A stretch of DNA of 62,384 nt, the filler included, from Sphacelaria rigidula (lineage: Eukaryota), in assembly GCA_964200075.2 (NCBI GenBank). It is 9 parts of 9 records of this genome, joined end to end, with 100 filler letters (N's around TTAATTAATTAA, not from the genome) between each part and the next. Parts side by side here need not be neighbours in the genome. Positions count along the whole stretch, not along the records: positions 1 to 6,843 come from CAXNAA020017805.1; positions 6,944 to 13,786 come from CAXNAA020017806.1; 7 more parts are not named here. One strand, written 5' to 3'. Numbering within the stretch: the first letter of the stretch is position 1; each line of letters starts with the position of its first letter. The notes beneath the pieces are model-generated. The model ran no database searches. It was not told the DNA's origin and was given only the letters and a program-made list of their open reading frames with translations. The translations under genes and the position numbers were made by a program. This document shows, piece by piece, positions 1 to 11,608 of this stretch.

Positions 1-803
1 GCCCAACTCTAAATGTATAAAAGAGCATGGGCCTGCAAACTTCAAATCCGCCTCTAGGCTGGCCCAGCTCGTAGTTTTGGGTCATTTAACGCTACGTAAG
101 ATTTGATTTTTCGGATGGGATATATGTAACGTAACGTGATATAACGTGTGGTCCTTCGCATGAAACCTCACATTTTTTGGACGGGAAAACTCTGCTTGTT
201 TTAGTGAATATGTCACGTGTCACGTGTCACGGTAAAAAATCACGGAAACAGCCTTTTATTACATACGGAAAACACCAAGAAACACTGCTTCAAGGTCCAC
301 ATATTACATCACGTTATGTTGCATATGTCCCGTCCAAAACATCAAACCTTGCGTAGCGTCAAGTAGCCCAAAGTTACGTTTTTTTCGTTTTTTTCAAATT
401 TGTCACGTGTGTCACGTATCCCTCCCTGAAAAAAAGCATCCCATCCTACCTCTTGTATCATCTTCATTTCCACAAAAAAATTAACATCATGCCCAACAGA
501 GAAGAAGAGCGTTTTGCCCAGGGTGTGAAATACTTCGCAATGTTGAGCGCTTGTTTCCAACGGTGCATCACAGCCATTGGACTTTTGATATCTGGCTAGT
601 ACGACGGTTTTTTGCGCCGCATTTTCGCTCAAAAAAAGCCAAGACTCGTATCATTTCCGATCCTTTTAAGGTCACTTCTTTGAGTCAGAAAACGGGCTCT
701 AGGAAGAATACCCTCTTTGGGCCTTTCATTGCGGATTTTTGGCGGAAAACGAGTCTTGGCGGATTTTGGCCTCCTCTGAGAGTTTTGCTCAAGTATGCCT
801 GCC

Positions 804-1140
804 GCCGCGCCCCGGTGGTGTAAGAGTCCGACTGTCGCCATTAGGGGTGGAGAGAACGAGGGTTCGATTCCCGATGCGTTGGGCTTTTTCTTCGTAGTAT
901 CTGACTTGCACCGTGGAAAGCGTGAGAACATGAGTAGACAAAGTAGTTGACTGAGTTTGTTTGACGTGAGTTGACGTGGTGCGGGAGTGCTAATAGTCAT
1001 GACCCAATCCGCGAGACCAAAATGCAAGGCGTGTACCGGGGAGAGATGGGTTGATCCCTTGAGACCACGGACTCGTCCCGAGGAAGGCGAGGGGTTCAAA
1101 CTGCGACAAAAAAAATACAAATAAAATGAATGAATGAATG
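804..1140 (+). mobile_element. tRNA-derived SINE (family A)
   Basis: Head GCCGCGCCCCGGTGGTGTAA (A box) ... GGTTCGATTCCC (B box), about 200 bp body, tail TGCGACAA-A-rich-(TGAA)n. A full-length homolog lies on the minus strand at 30245-30565. Confidence 0.85.
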
Positions 1141-1246
1141 TATTAATTAATTAAATAATTAAATATTGTTAGAGGATAGACGGTTGGAATGTTGGGGGGT
1201 GGGTTATTTATTATCTGGGAAAAGGGAACACAATAATAGATGGTTT

Positions 1247-1322
1247 ATAGTTGCACTAGACAAGAAATGTCCTGCGTAAAGCCTGTACTTTACGCAGTAT
1301 ATTTCTCGTCTAGTGCAACTAT
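1247..1322. repeat. Small foldback / mini-MITE
   Basis: ATAGTTGCACTAGAC..TGCGTAAAG / CTTTACGCA..GTCTAGTGCAACTAT form a near-perfect hairpin. Confidence 0.6.
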
Positions 1323-2441
1323 TGACGATATATTGTCGAGTGATGCTATGGTAGGGGTACACGAATATTTTTTGAGGCTAGAATTGTTAGGATCCCTTTA
1401 TCTCATCCAAAACACGACTCATGAAAATATGCGAAAGTACGCCAAGATTACTATTAACAATGTTCTGAGATATCCCGAATGAAGCTGCAAACGGAGATGC
1501 CCTGACCCATATTCTTGTGCGTTTAGAATCGTTAGGAGCCCCTGAACCAGACAAATTTCGCGAAAAAAGTGTACCCCTATCGTAGCATTGCTCTGTCCAG
1601 GGTGTAAAGGATTCCCCGGCACCTACAGACGCTCACGATCTGCGTCTGACAGCTGTAGGAGTAGTCGCAGTTCACCGCAGTACAAAGCAGTGTGTACTCC
1701 AGTGGCGTCGGTAGGATGTTGGGAGAGCGGTGGTCATACAGCGTGAAACTTTGTCATGATTATTTTCGTATCAAGTCAGTTTTGAAGTGTCGCATTTCGC
1801 CCAGAAAATAGACAGCGCTGCTTCAGTCAGTTCGTGACTGATTGATCCGAGGCCATACACATTATCAACAGAGTAGATTGAGAACCACGGCTGGACCGTC
1901 GGGCGCAGCGTCTCTCGTGACCAGCGTGTGAAAAACTTTCTGGTCGATGAGTGCTATTTGCCGGTGGTTGTTAACACCCGCCGCGTTTCGTCTCCGTGCC
2001 CTTCAAATTCGCTCTGACCCAGACCGCGCGAAACCAGCAAAGAGGCACTGGATCTCTTCTGCTCTGTGTTTTTTCTTGGTCCTTTTTTTTTCCCCCTTTA
2101 CGTGACCCCTTTCTGTGCCGTCATCTGCAAAAAAAATCTCGAGTGAAATTGTTATGCAACTGGTTGGCTGTAGAGAAGTACTTGATGAGAAACATGTGCA
2201 ACTGGTTGCACGTGAACAACTCTCGGCCAAGTATTGTCGGGAGGTATCGCCGAGAGTAGCCACATGGTGACGCGGATTTGAAATGATAATATTTTCGTCC
2301 TGAGACGGCACGGCGTATGCCTACTAGTAGTTTTGTCGACAACAACTGGATTAAACACCTGCACAGAAATCTGCGCAACTATCAACAGTTGCTCGCAGGC
2401 AACTGTCGGTCGAAAGTAATGCGCAACTTATTACCTATTAA

Positions 2442-2565
2442 CCCTTTGGGAACTAGACCCGCAGGGAGTGCTGATTTTTGTTTTGGTGAATCGGCATCAT
2501 TTTCAACATGATGCCGATTCACAAAGATTCACAAAACAAGAATCAGCACTTGCGTTCCCAAAGGG
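2442..2565. mobile_element. TTAA-flanked mini-MITE (piggyBac-like ends)
   Basis: TTAA|CCCTTTGGGAAC ... GTTCCCAAAGGG|TTAA, with an internal inverted pair GAATCGGCATCA / TGATGCCGATTC. Confidence 0.8.
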
Positions 2566-2849
2566 TTAACAGTCTTGGATGGAAAACTCGTCGTGCAAGT
2601 AGTTTGTGTAGCGGCGACTAGAGCTAAGCAACTACTCAACTAAACACGTTTGGGCACAGGCGCCTCAGGCGTAAAAACAATCGGCATAAAAAAGGTGGTG
2701 TGGGGTGTTTTCCTGGCCGTGAGAAGGATTTTTTTTTTTTTATATACCTGATCTTGCTGGGAGGATGAGGGGGAAACATTTGTTTTCTTGAGCATCATTG
2801 AGCATGATTCAAGCTTTAGCGTGTTCGGCCCGACAGGAAAAAGACAGAG

Positions 2850-2998
2850 CGTTCCACACCCTGGACAATATATCTCTATTGCAAAAAATATTACCGTGTA
2901 CAGTATGGAATCTATTGCCTGTTGCAACAGACACAATAGTCGACAATGTACGCCGTACGCTTTTTGACGGTGTATTCTATTGTCCAGGGTATGGAACG
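2850..2998. mobile_element. MITE with about 21-bp TIRs; related copy at about 5234-5385
   Basis: CGTTCCACACCCTGGACAATA ... TATTGTCCAGGGTATGGAACG. The second copy shares CCACACCCTGGACAATATAT and GAATCTATTGCC. Confidence 0.65.
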
Positions 2999-3750
2999 TT
3001 TTGGAGCGTTTTTTGCTTATTCTTCGTCTTGTCAAGCGGACGACCATTCAATCAGCACGACACGCACAACATATGATGTACATGGTAACGCACGCTTGGT
3101 TACTCTGAACACACGCTGTGTTCAACAGGTTATGTTCAAATTATCCCAAAACGTACATGAATATTTTGCAAAAAATGTCGTACATATATTGCTGAAAACC
3201 GGTCTCCCCGGGTCCCCTGCGCGGACCTCCCCCGCCCCCCATGAGGTTGGGGTCGGTTGGCAACGACGCTGTGAAACACGCCACTCACTGTGTAAGCTAG
3301 GCAACCAGGCTACCGTTTTATTCTGCGCGCTTGCGGGTTTTTTTTGTTGCGGTAACCATGTCGGTGGTCGAGCTAGATCATATTGTCCGAGGTGGGAGGA
3401 GCCTCAACTCCGCTCAATGGGGATGATCATACAACGTAGTGTTGACATGGTGAAACACCCATGAGGCAGTGTGGAACCCGTGACTGTCTCTGGAAGTGGC
3501 GATACCATAAAATGGAGCAAGTCATTGGAGGCTGTCATCCAGATGCAAGATAATCAGTACGCTTCGGGCCGGGCAATCTTAGCAGGATGCAGCTCACTCC
3601 TCATGCGACTCGCCGAACATACCACGGCGCGTCGCTCTTGGTGATTTGAGTGCGAGCCTGGTCCGGCAAAAACCGGGCGTGCTTTGTCCCGGCTTTCTAG
3701 GGATGCGAGGTCAATGGTCATATGACTACGGCATACAAGGTCATGAGTAC

Positions 3751-3788
<38 letters not shown>

Positions 3789-4161
3789 CCGCCACCCCCC
3801 CCCGGGGGGGCGGACCCCCCCCCGGGCCCCNNNNNNNNNNGCGTTTTGTGCTCCGGGTTTGGAGAGGGGGGGAAGAGATGAAAAAACTACGGAGAAGAAC
3901 ACAGTGAAACCTCCCCCCCCCCCCCCCCCCCCCCCTCGACGGATGCCGTCAACGGGATGCCCTGGGGGCGAGTGACCCCCGCTGGGACCCCGGACCGCTG
4001 ATGCCTCCGGCGCCCGTCCCTACGCCAATTTTTCATCTTGTTTCACACGAACGTTGTCTCCTCTGCAAGTAGCTCGCTCATTTTACGCTGCAATCGTCTC
4101 TGCTCCGCTTGTCTTGTGTCTTTGTTGGTTTCGTCATCTTACATGCGTGTACGACGCTCAG

Positions 4162-4244
4162 GAGAGGGGGAATTCCGCGTTCGCTAACAAGCAGTTCGAG
4201 GAGGCGGAGAGCTTTTACTCGCAGGCGATAGATATGCTGGGCAG
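4162..4244 (+). CDS. Internal exon of a tetratricopeptide-repeat (TPR) protein
   Basis: Pyrimidine-rich acceptor region ending CAG|, donor |GTAACT. Translation ERGNSAFANKQFEEAESFYSQAIDMLG matches the TPR pattern GNxxFxxxxYxxAxxxYxxAI. Confidence 0.8.
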
Positions 4245-6843
4245 GTAACTAACTGACTAACCCAGGCGGAGACATGTGATGATTGTGGACTGCCCTGTCT
4301 CGGGAAAAGACAAGCAAAATGAACGATGACATGCAAATATTGTGCACCGCGCTGTCTTGAGAAGATAACAGCAGATGAACTATGTCACAGCAGCAGCAGC
4401 AGCAGCGATGCATGGAAGCATCGCGCATAAACCTCGTCTCAACCATGACAAGTGTTGGTACAAGGGAGTTGTTTCGATGGCTCAAGGGCCATTACTCATT
4501 AGATTGTTGGCAGTTTTTTGCGGCGAACGTGATGGGGGACTCGAAGAGTCAAAATAAGTGTCCGCGAGAAGGAAGAACATGAGTATAAGCCCACTTTTTT
4601 CATTAGCGTGCATGCAGATTGAGCCTCACAAGACCTACGCGAATGTAACAAAAAAAAGCGCAACGCCCTCAGCACGCATCCACCTCTGCACGAGCACCGC
4701 ACTTCTAACTCCGGCGTCCAAGACCACCTTGGTCTGGTTGCGGTGGATGCTTTTCCCTGTCCGTATCGTCTGCACCCTCGAAAACATTTTCAAGACTATG
4801 CAGCTCGGGTGCAGGCGCCTCACGCCCCTCATCCATCATGACGGAGGTGTTGAGTACTGGGATTGCTTTGTTGTTGCAAGCGTTCCGATGATAAGTTTAA
4901 GGGCACTCTACGGTACTCGTCGTGAAGACTAACGCGTGCTGGGCACCGTGCGATCGGTCGTGCCAAGGACAACTTCCAAATTGCCCGTGCTGTTCTAGCT
5001 GCGAATCTCCGCGAACCCGACCTTTGGTGATGGAAAGGCAGCATCAAAATCATCTCTTGGACTGTGCGCGTCATCTGTCGGTGTGCATTTATGATTATCG
5101 AGGCAACCCGCTGCGCTCGCTTTTGTGGCAAGAAATAAAGAGTGCGCGAGGGAGTGGCGAGCCTCGGTGCAACGTTTGGCTTCAAGAAGGAAAACAACAA
5201 GAGACGATGAATTTTAAGATTTTTCACTCTCCACCACACCCTGGACAATATATATAATTTAACAAAAAGTGTACTGCGTACAAGTATCGAATCTATTGCC
5301 TACTTCAAATCGACAACAGATTCCATACTGTATACAGTACATTTCTCGTTCACGTTGTCTCTATTAATAGTCTAGAGTGTGCACTCCATACACGGACAGC
5401 CGCAGAGTACACGGAAATGGTGGCTCTTGTGCCTCCTCTTGAATTGTGATTTCAGGATTTGCGTCGCAAAAAATAAAGCTGCCACTATGAAATGACCTTC
5501 ATTGCTGTGTGCGTTGCGTAGAAGGTCTAATTAGCTCGCCAATGACCGTATTGTGACAACATGTGCACGTTTTTCTGTGGGTCGCGGTCTGGTATTCCTT
5601 TCGGGGGGCTATAAAAAGACATGAGTAAAATAAACACGGCCAGACCGAGTGTATTTCTGGTGTCGTTGGGAGTCGTTGCAAAAACAGAAATACCACCGTG
5701 TTAGGCAGACGGCTTGGACCCTCGAGAGCGAGAAGTAAAGTGAGTCTTTCGGCTTCATACGGTACGTGCGCGTTTGTGCTTCCTTCAGGAGGAGCGATCA
5801 GCGCTGGCCAGTGGTACGTTTTTCGCCCATCTTCGTCCCATGTCCATCGATCACATGGCGCTGTTTTTATTTTTCATTATTTGCTTCTTTCTCAAGTGTT
5901 TTCCTACCTTTTACTGTTTGCGCACGGCACTGCCTTGATGAAAAACACGACAGAACCGCCCAGTCTAGATGGCAGAATACTCGCGTATTCAACTACGGTG
6001 GTACGTAAAATATCAAAACTGCTTCTTCCTCCCTTTTTTATACCACTCGTGTCAAGATCAAAACATTTATTCTGCGCGTGCGTGGGATATGCAACAATCA
6101 GCTGTTCACGCAGTTTCAAGTTATTCCCTGCGTTTCGTCTCATGTGGGTGTCATGATGACCCTATGCGAACCGTCACAGCGACGAAGCACCGCACACCCT
6201 CTTCGGGAACCGAGCTGCGGCGAGATTGAGCTTGGGCAAGCCGGAGGAGGCGCTCGAGGATGCCGAGGTATACTACAGTAGTAGTAGTAGTAGCTGTTGT
6301 TGTTGTAGTAGTAGCTCTACACATCAACCCAATATCTCGAACTCGTGACCACAGACGTAGGCTCGCCTTTCCAGTACCGTCCCTGCCGTTCCTCACACGA
6401 TTTAGAGTGCCCATTGCTTCATTTTCTTAGCTAGCGATACATGCCGACGGGGGCGGGAGTAGTCATAATCTCGCATGCCATAGTCATAAAGCCATTGACC
6501 CTGCATCCCTACAAAGCCAGGACGGAACACGCCAGGTTTTCGCCGAACCAGGCTCGCAGTCTCAAAGCGCGCGCGCGTGGGGGGGAGATTATGTTGATCG
6601 TATCATCGCACATACAATTCATCCATGTCAGTATTATAGTTCAGTGTGCCACTTTAAACGCGTGTCTGAGGCATTCTGGCATATTTTGTGATATCCTTGA
6701 GTCATCCGGAAGTCGAACGTTTGCTTTATCTCTCGAGCAGCATACCGCAGTTTGTTGTGCTTCTTCCCCCTCCCCCCCCCCCCCCCCCCCCCCCCTCCCC
6801 CCTCCTGCCTTGCTCTCTCCCCCCCCCCCCCCGGGAGTGTGGG

Positions 6844-6943
6844 NNNNNNNNNNNNNNNNNNNNNNNNNNNNNNNNNNNNNNNNNNNNTTAATTAATTAAN
6901 NNNNNNNNNNNNNNNNNNNNNNNNNNNNNNNNNNNNNNNNNNN
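6844..6943. other. Artificial contig spacer (N-TTAATTAATTAA-N, 100 nt). Identical spacers at 13787-13886, 20730-20829, 27673-27772, 34616-34715, 41559-41658, 48501-48600, 55443-55542
   Basis: Eight identical N-flanked linkers carrying stops in all six frames, evenly spaced. The intervening contigs are 6843 bp (x6) then 6842 bp (x3), consistent with length-sorted concatenation. Confidence 0.98.
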
Positions 6944-7744
6944 GAAGGGGGGGGCGTGGGGGGGGGGGGGGGGCCGCGCCGGGGGGGGGGGTGGGGGGGT
7001 GCGTGGTGCGGGTTGTGTGTGGGGGGGGGGGGGGGGCATACTCATTTGTTGCTTGCCTTAGTCATTTGACCATTGACCAGGCATCCCTTTCGAGACGGAG
7101 CACTCATTTGTGGGGGGGGGGGGGGTCTAGTGCGCTGTACCGCCAGGCTTGCTGACCCTGACTAGTCCCCAGACGGCAAAGGTCGTAGAGCGATAGAAGA
7201 AACCCACAGGATTTTTCCTCGCAAAATAGCCAACCAATGACACTTCAAGGGTCACTTGAAAAATGAATAGCGTCACAGTCGCGCCTATACAGAATCTATT
7301 GAGTCTGCTTGACATGAAATCATCCTGATGATGTTATGCGTACAGTCTTCGTTTGCACAGGCATTAGGTGGGTCCAATCTCTGCTGGTCCCCCTAAATGA
7401 ACCCCTCTGTAAAGATAGAGGTGCACTTGGCGAGAGAACATCGGAATTGTACCGGTCCGTCCGCCGCTGCAACGTAAAGGCCCTAGCGTGAAGCAATCTA
7501 TAGCATGTCTTTGAACAATACAGTTTCACCGATGTATCTAGCAGTGAACAAGCTGGAAACCGCAGAATGCAGATGAGAACCACATGGTGTTACCGACCAA
7601 AGGAGGCTCTAACTGCTGCCAACCAGCCATTGTTGGCGGCTTGTCGGTGGATTTCGTGTTTTGGCACTGTGCACAACCGTTGACAATTTGATATATTTTG
7701 TATCGTTCATTTTCGGGGCATGATGGATTGCTGCTGAACTGCAG

Positions 7745-10700
7745 GCAAATTGTGATGGAGAAGGAGGTAGAAGACGAGGAAAAACTGGGTACCGTGGTTC
7801 CGTCAGTACGAGTGCACAACTCGCTCACGACCGACGGAGTGTCGATGCCAGTGTACCCTAAGCCGACCAAGCACGACATGCAGGGGTGGCAACCTGCACA
7901 GAAGAAAAATAACCAGGTAAACAACATAACCAAGTGTAGGTTTTCATCCCCCCACGATAGACAACAATCCGTATCTTCAACGCGATGCCTACACGGGTGG
8001 CCACTGGGGTCTGTAACCTGGCCATTTTGGGACCTTACCCACCTTTGGCAAGGTCCGCGGGTTGGGTAGACGACTGAAGAGCATTCGCACAGCATGGACA
8101 GGATCGAAACAAAACATGTCCCAGTCTATAGGCGGGTGACTTCCCTGTAGACTAGGAGATGCTCTGTTTCGAACCTGCCCATGCTGTGCGAATGCTCTTC
8201 GGTTGTCCACCTAATCCGCGGACCTTACCAAATGTGGATAAGGTCCAAAAATGGCCAGGTTACAGACCCCAGTGGCCACCCGTGTACGACAAGAGTATTT
8301 TGATCCTGCTTTACCAATCGCTAACACAAGAGTTCAATTTTTACGCTGACCTCGTGGGGCTGGAGAAGCCCTCCGTTGTGAGCTTTTTGTTCGAAACGTC
8401 TTGCAAACACGGTGACGATAACTTTACTCATGGGCACAGCGGAGAAGAGAAGACAGGGATACCCCACAACGTGTGTTGTTCCGGCGTGTACCCCGTGGAG
8501 CCAGCGGTACCTGAAAAAACTATATTTACAATCGCGCATTGGTCTGTAACGATTCGCATGGACCTACTCTTCTGCGGCCGAAGCAGTCGTCGGGTTATGC
8601 ACATCGATTCAGAGCATAACACGCCAGGCTTCTCAAGCTCTGCGTACCAATAGCTGTTTACTGAGCATCCCCGCTTCCGGCTCGGGACCGATCTTTTCCC
8701 GCTATTATGGGATATCTCGCCGCACCCTGGTGGTCCAAGGGGTACATTGTAAGACCCGTCGAAGCGAAGTACGGGATTATTTTCCCAGAAGATGCAAATT
8801 TTTCGGTGCTGCTTTTTCCCTAGGATCGTCGATTTTCGTCACCAAAAATGTGAGGGTATGAGTAGCAAACAACGTTTGACGAAAGTCGATACGATTCCGA
8901 GGTGCTGACCCAATCCGCGAGGCCAAAATGTCAGGCATATAGCGCGCGGGGGGGTAGGTCCATCCCTCGACACTACGAGCTCGTCCCGGGAAAGCTGGGT
9001 GCTGTAAAGTATGACGCATATTGCTCTTCACCGAGCCACCCACCGCATTTGCTCGTCGCTTCTTTCGCCAATCTTCAGGTATCGTCGGAGACACCTGCGC
9101 ATGGAGGAGCTGTGACGATTCTGTCTCTGTGCACCGACAAAGTCAACATGCACAGCAGGCAAGAGCAAGAGTTCTTGAGACTGCTCACACAGCTTTCCAC
9201 CGAGGAAAGCAAACAGGCAAATGTGAGCGAGGTATATGTTTTTAAGGAAGATAGAAGACGTTCATACCGGCGCAAGTTTCGGCACAGCGGAATAGGGTTG
9301 AAGCCGAATAATATATTCATGTCGCTTCCGTGTCGGCCATCCCAAGTGCCGTGCATCACAAAGATAGTCATCGTCAACGAAACTCTCGTCACCACGCCTG
9401 CCCTAGTGATGTGTTTGACGTTTAACGTGAAAGCGTAAGGCGATCGAACAGTACCATATGAGGCGGATGCCTGCAAAGCCTAACTTCATGGGGGGGGAGG
9501 GGATGCAAATTTTGTTGTGAATCCGACGCCACGAGGGGCAAAGCACGGCTAGCGCGGCACTCAAAAGTACAGCGCTGAGTACTGTCTTTATTGACGTGCA
9601 AAACTCTCAGTGATGTGATACTGTGTTTGCTATCACCTCCATTGTGCGGGACATGTGGATGCCTGTGCTAGTGCCACCTCTGAAATCTTCGTTTGACGGG
9701 TTCAGACTGGCGGAAAATAGGTCCAGCAAATGGTTTATTAAGGTCCAGAACCAACTTCACTCTCGAAGTATGACGATTTACTCGCACGAACTGTCGTCGT
9801 CCTTGGGTGCTTCGATGCATGTTTTGCAGGACATGGCACAGTTGGAGCGACTAATCGAGAATACCAAGTTCAAGACGTTCCTCAAGGGAATAAGCAAGTA
9901 AGCCTTGCTGCGAAACTGGGACACTGGATAACCGATGTTTCCACCAGAGAGCTGCACCTGAATTTGTATGGATGAACGGTCGACAGGGATCGTTTGGTAC
10001 CCGTGTTTATTACAAACCCTTTGTCTTTTTCGTACCCACCACCAAACACAACACCCAAAGCTACCACTGATGTGCCTGCAAGACGGGATCGGCTATCAGC
10101 TTTGCTGTTAGCGCTGCCCGCTTTTCGACGAAAACGAATGTTTCCACTTCGTAAAGATACAAAAAGACCGAGTGGGAACGGTACGAGTAATCAAGACGTC
10201 ACGCGTCGGGACCATGCAGCACTGGAAACTGTCGTGATCCCCAACAAGACGTCACGCGTCGGGACCATGCAGCACTGGAAACTGTCGTGATCCCCAACAT
10301 GATCGTGCAAGCTCCATCCGATACATCGGTATCCATCCGGGACGCTCATTTGGCATCCAAGTTCATCTGGGATGATCTTCTGAGCCTGAGATATCCCAGA
10401 TAGACAAGTATGGGACGTGAACGTTTATGCGGAGCATCCGCCCGAGATCTCAGTTGAATCTGGTGCTTCGCTTGAGACAGGGACGCCCGTGTGAGAATGC
10501 GGCCTCCATTTGACATATGACCATCCACGTAAAATGTCTATTTTGGACCAAGATGTCCGTCTGTGACGTGTGACTACAACGTCCATCTGAGACTTGTGGA
10601 GAATCCATGGGAGCTTAGTCTATGACGGATGGATATTTGTTTGAAATATCGATGCATCTGGGACCTGAGATCGAAGATCTATCCCCAAATGGGTGTTCCA

Positions 10701-11608
10701 GGTATACATCCCAAATAGACGTTCTAGATGTACATCTCAGATGAACGTATCAGGTCGATGTCAACACCCCAGATGGAGGCTGAACAAGAACGTAAGACCA
10801 CGTAGCTGTCGCCAGTGAAAAACGCGCGGCCAAGTCCTCAAAGGGGACCACGTTGTCAACGGGTCTTGCAGTGTTCGATGCACTACAGGCAACACCAATA
10901 GACTGCACAGTAAATGTCCCGCGCTAGTCTACGCGGGAACACGCATATATGAGTGCTTGGAATTTTTGGTGATCGTCAACTTGTGCCTGCCGTTGATACC
11001 AATGAAACTTTGTTGTGCCTAAATATAAATCTACAAACCGTCCTGCAGTAAAGAACCTTCAGTGCTTGGTAGTCCTCGGTTGAAGCTCGACACCTCACCC
11101 GTATGGCGGAGGTGGTTTCCAGGACTGTCCGAGGATGACAATTGGGGAATCGAAAGTTAGCTCGGTAACAATCACTTCACAAACAACTTTACGAAGTGCT
11201 TATAAAGTTGTGCCCGCAGGGAAATATCACGTATCTCGCAGGCCATGAAACAGGTTCAATCGCCGTTTGTTTCTCCGCGTGCGTGATAGGGAGGGCAAAA
11301 AGCGGGCAAAGCGTTCGAGGGAAACGCAGACCAGACCATACTATGGACAAGGACAAGATCCCCACAAGCCTAGTACGGGAGCGGCTGGGAGAAAGAAGCC
11401 TCCCAAGAAGACGAAGGCGAGTCAGCAATCTCGTGTTTACGAACGTGTCCAAACAATATTGCGGGGAACTGTAAGATTGAACCGCGATATGACAAAAACG
11501 TTACGAGTCCAACACCTGGCCTGTGCAGAAGTTGCGACTCAACCTCGAAGCGTTGTACTCGGTCGACCATCGAAAAGCTTCAACGGTGCCCGCCTGCATG
11601 TAGAATAA
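7745..11608 (+). CDS. Partial multi-exon gene of unknown function. Exons 7745-7916, 9079-9231 (or alternative donor after 9222), 9830-9897, 11290-11608
   Basis: Canonical AG/GT sites with compatible phases (0,0,2) join QIVMEKEVEDEEK...KKNNQ | VSSETP...QEFLRLLTQLSTEESKQ | DMAQLERLIENTKFKTFLKGISK | EGKKRAKRSRETQ... No family recognised. Confidence 0.55.
7992..8284. mobile_element. Foldback MITE with TA target duplication (Tc1/mariner-type), intronic
   Basis: TA|CACGGGTGGCCACTGGGGTCTGTAACCTGGCCATTTT ... AAAATGGCCAGGTTACAGACCCCAGTGGCCACCCGTG|TA. The arms pair over almost the whole 293 bp. Confidence 0.88.
8880..9020 (+). repeat. 3' fragment of a SINE related to family A
   Basis: TGACCCAATCCGCGAGGCCAAAATG...CTCGTCCCG matches the 1000-1080 part of the SINE at 804-1140. 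Confidence 0.55.
10192..10297. repeat. Exact 53-bp tandem duplication
   Basis: CAAGACGTCACGCGTCGGGACCATGCAGCACTGGAAACTGTCGTGATCCCCAA occurs twice head-to-tail. Confidence 0.95.

Noticed and set aside
804-880. tRNA genes at 804-880, 13423-13492, 30490-30565, about 31965-31995 and 57118-57186
   Set aside because: They have Pol III A and/or B boxes but I cannot close a cloverleaf. Several continue into repeated bodies, so they are SINE heads or relics.
3646-3975. Poly-proline ORFs (also 6441-6899 and 48545-48973)
   Set aside because: Translations of C/G homopolymers beside assembly gaps.
6844-6943. Regularly spaced TTAATTAATTAA motif with about 6.9-kb periodicity
   Set aside because: Synthetic linker between length-sorted contigs. 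It is not biological, and genes on different contigs cannot be treated as a cluster.
8351-8510. Minus-strand exon-like segment (YRWLHGVHAG...LLQPHE) with AG/GT ends
   Set aside because: No partner exons or recognisable motif, and it lies antisense inside an intron of the better-supported plus-strand gene.
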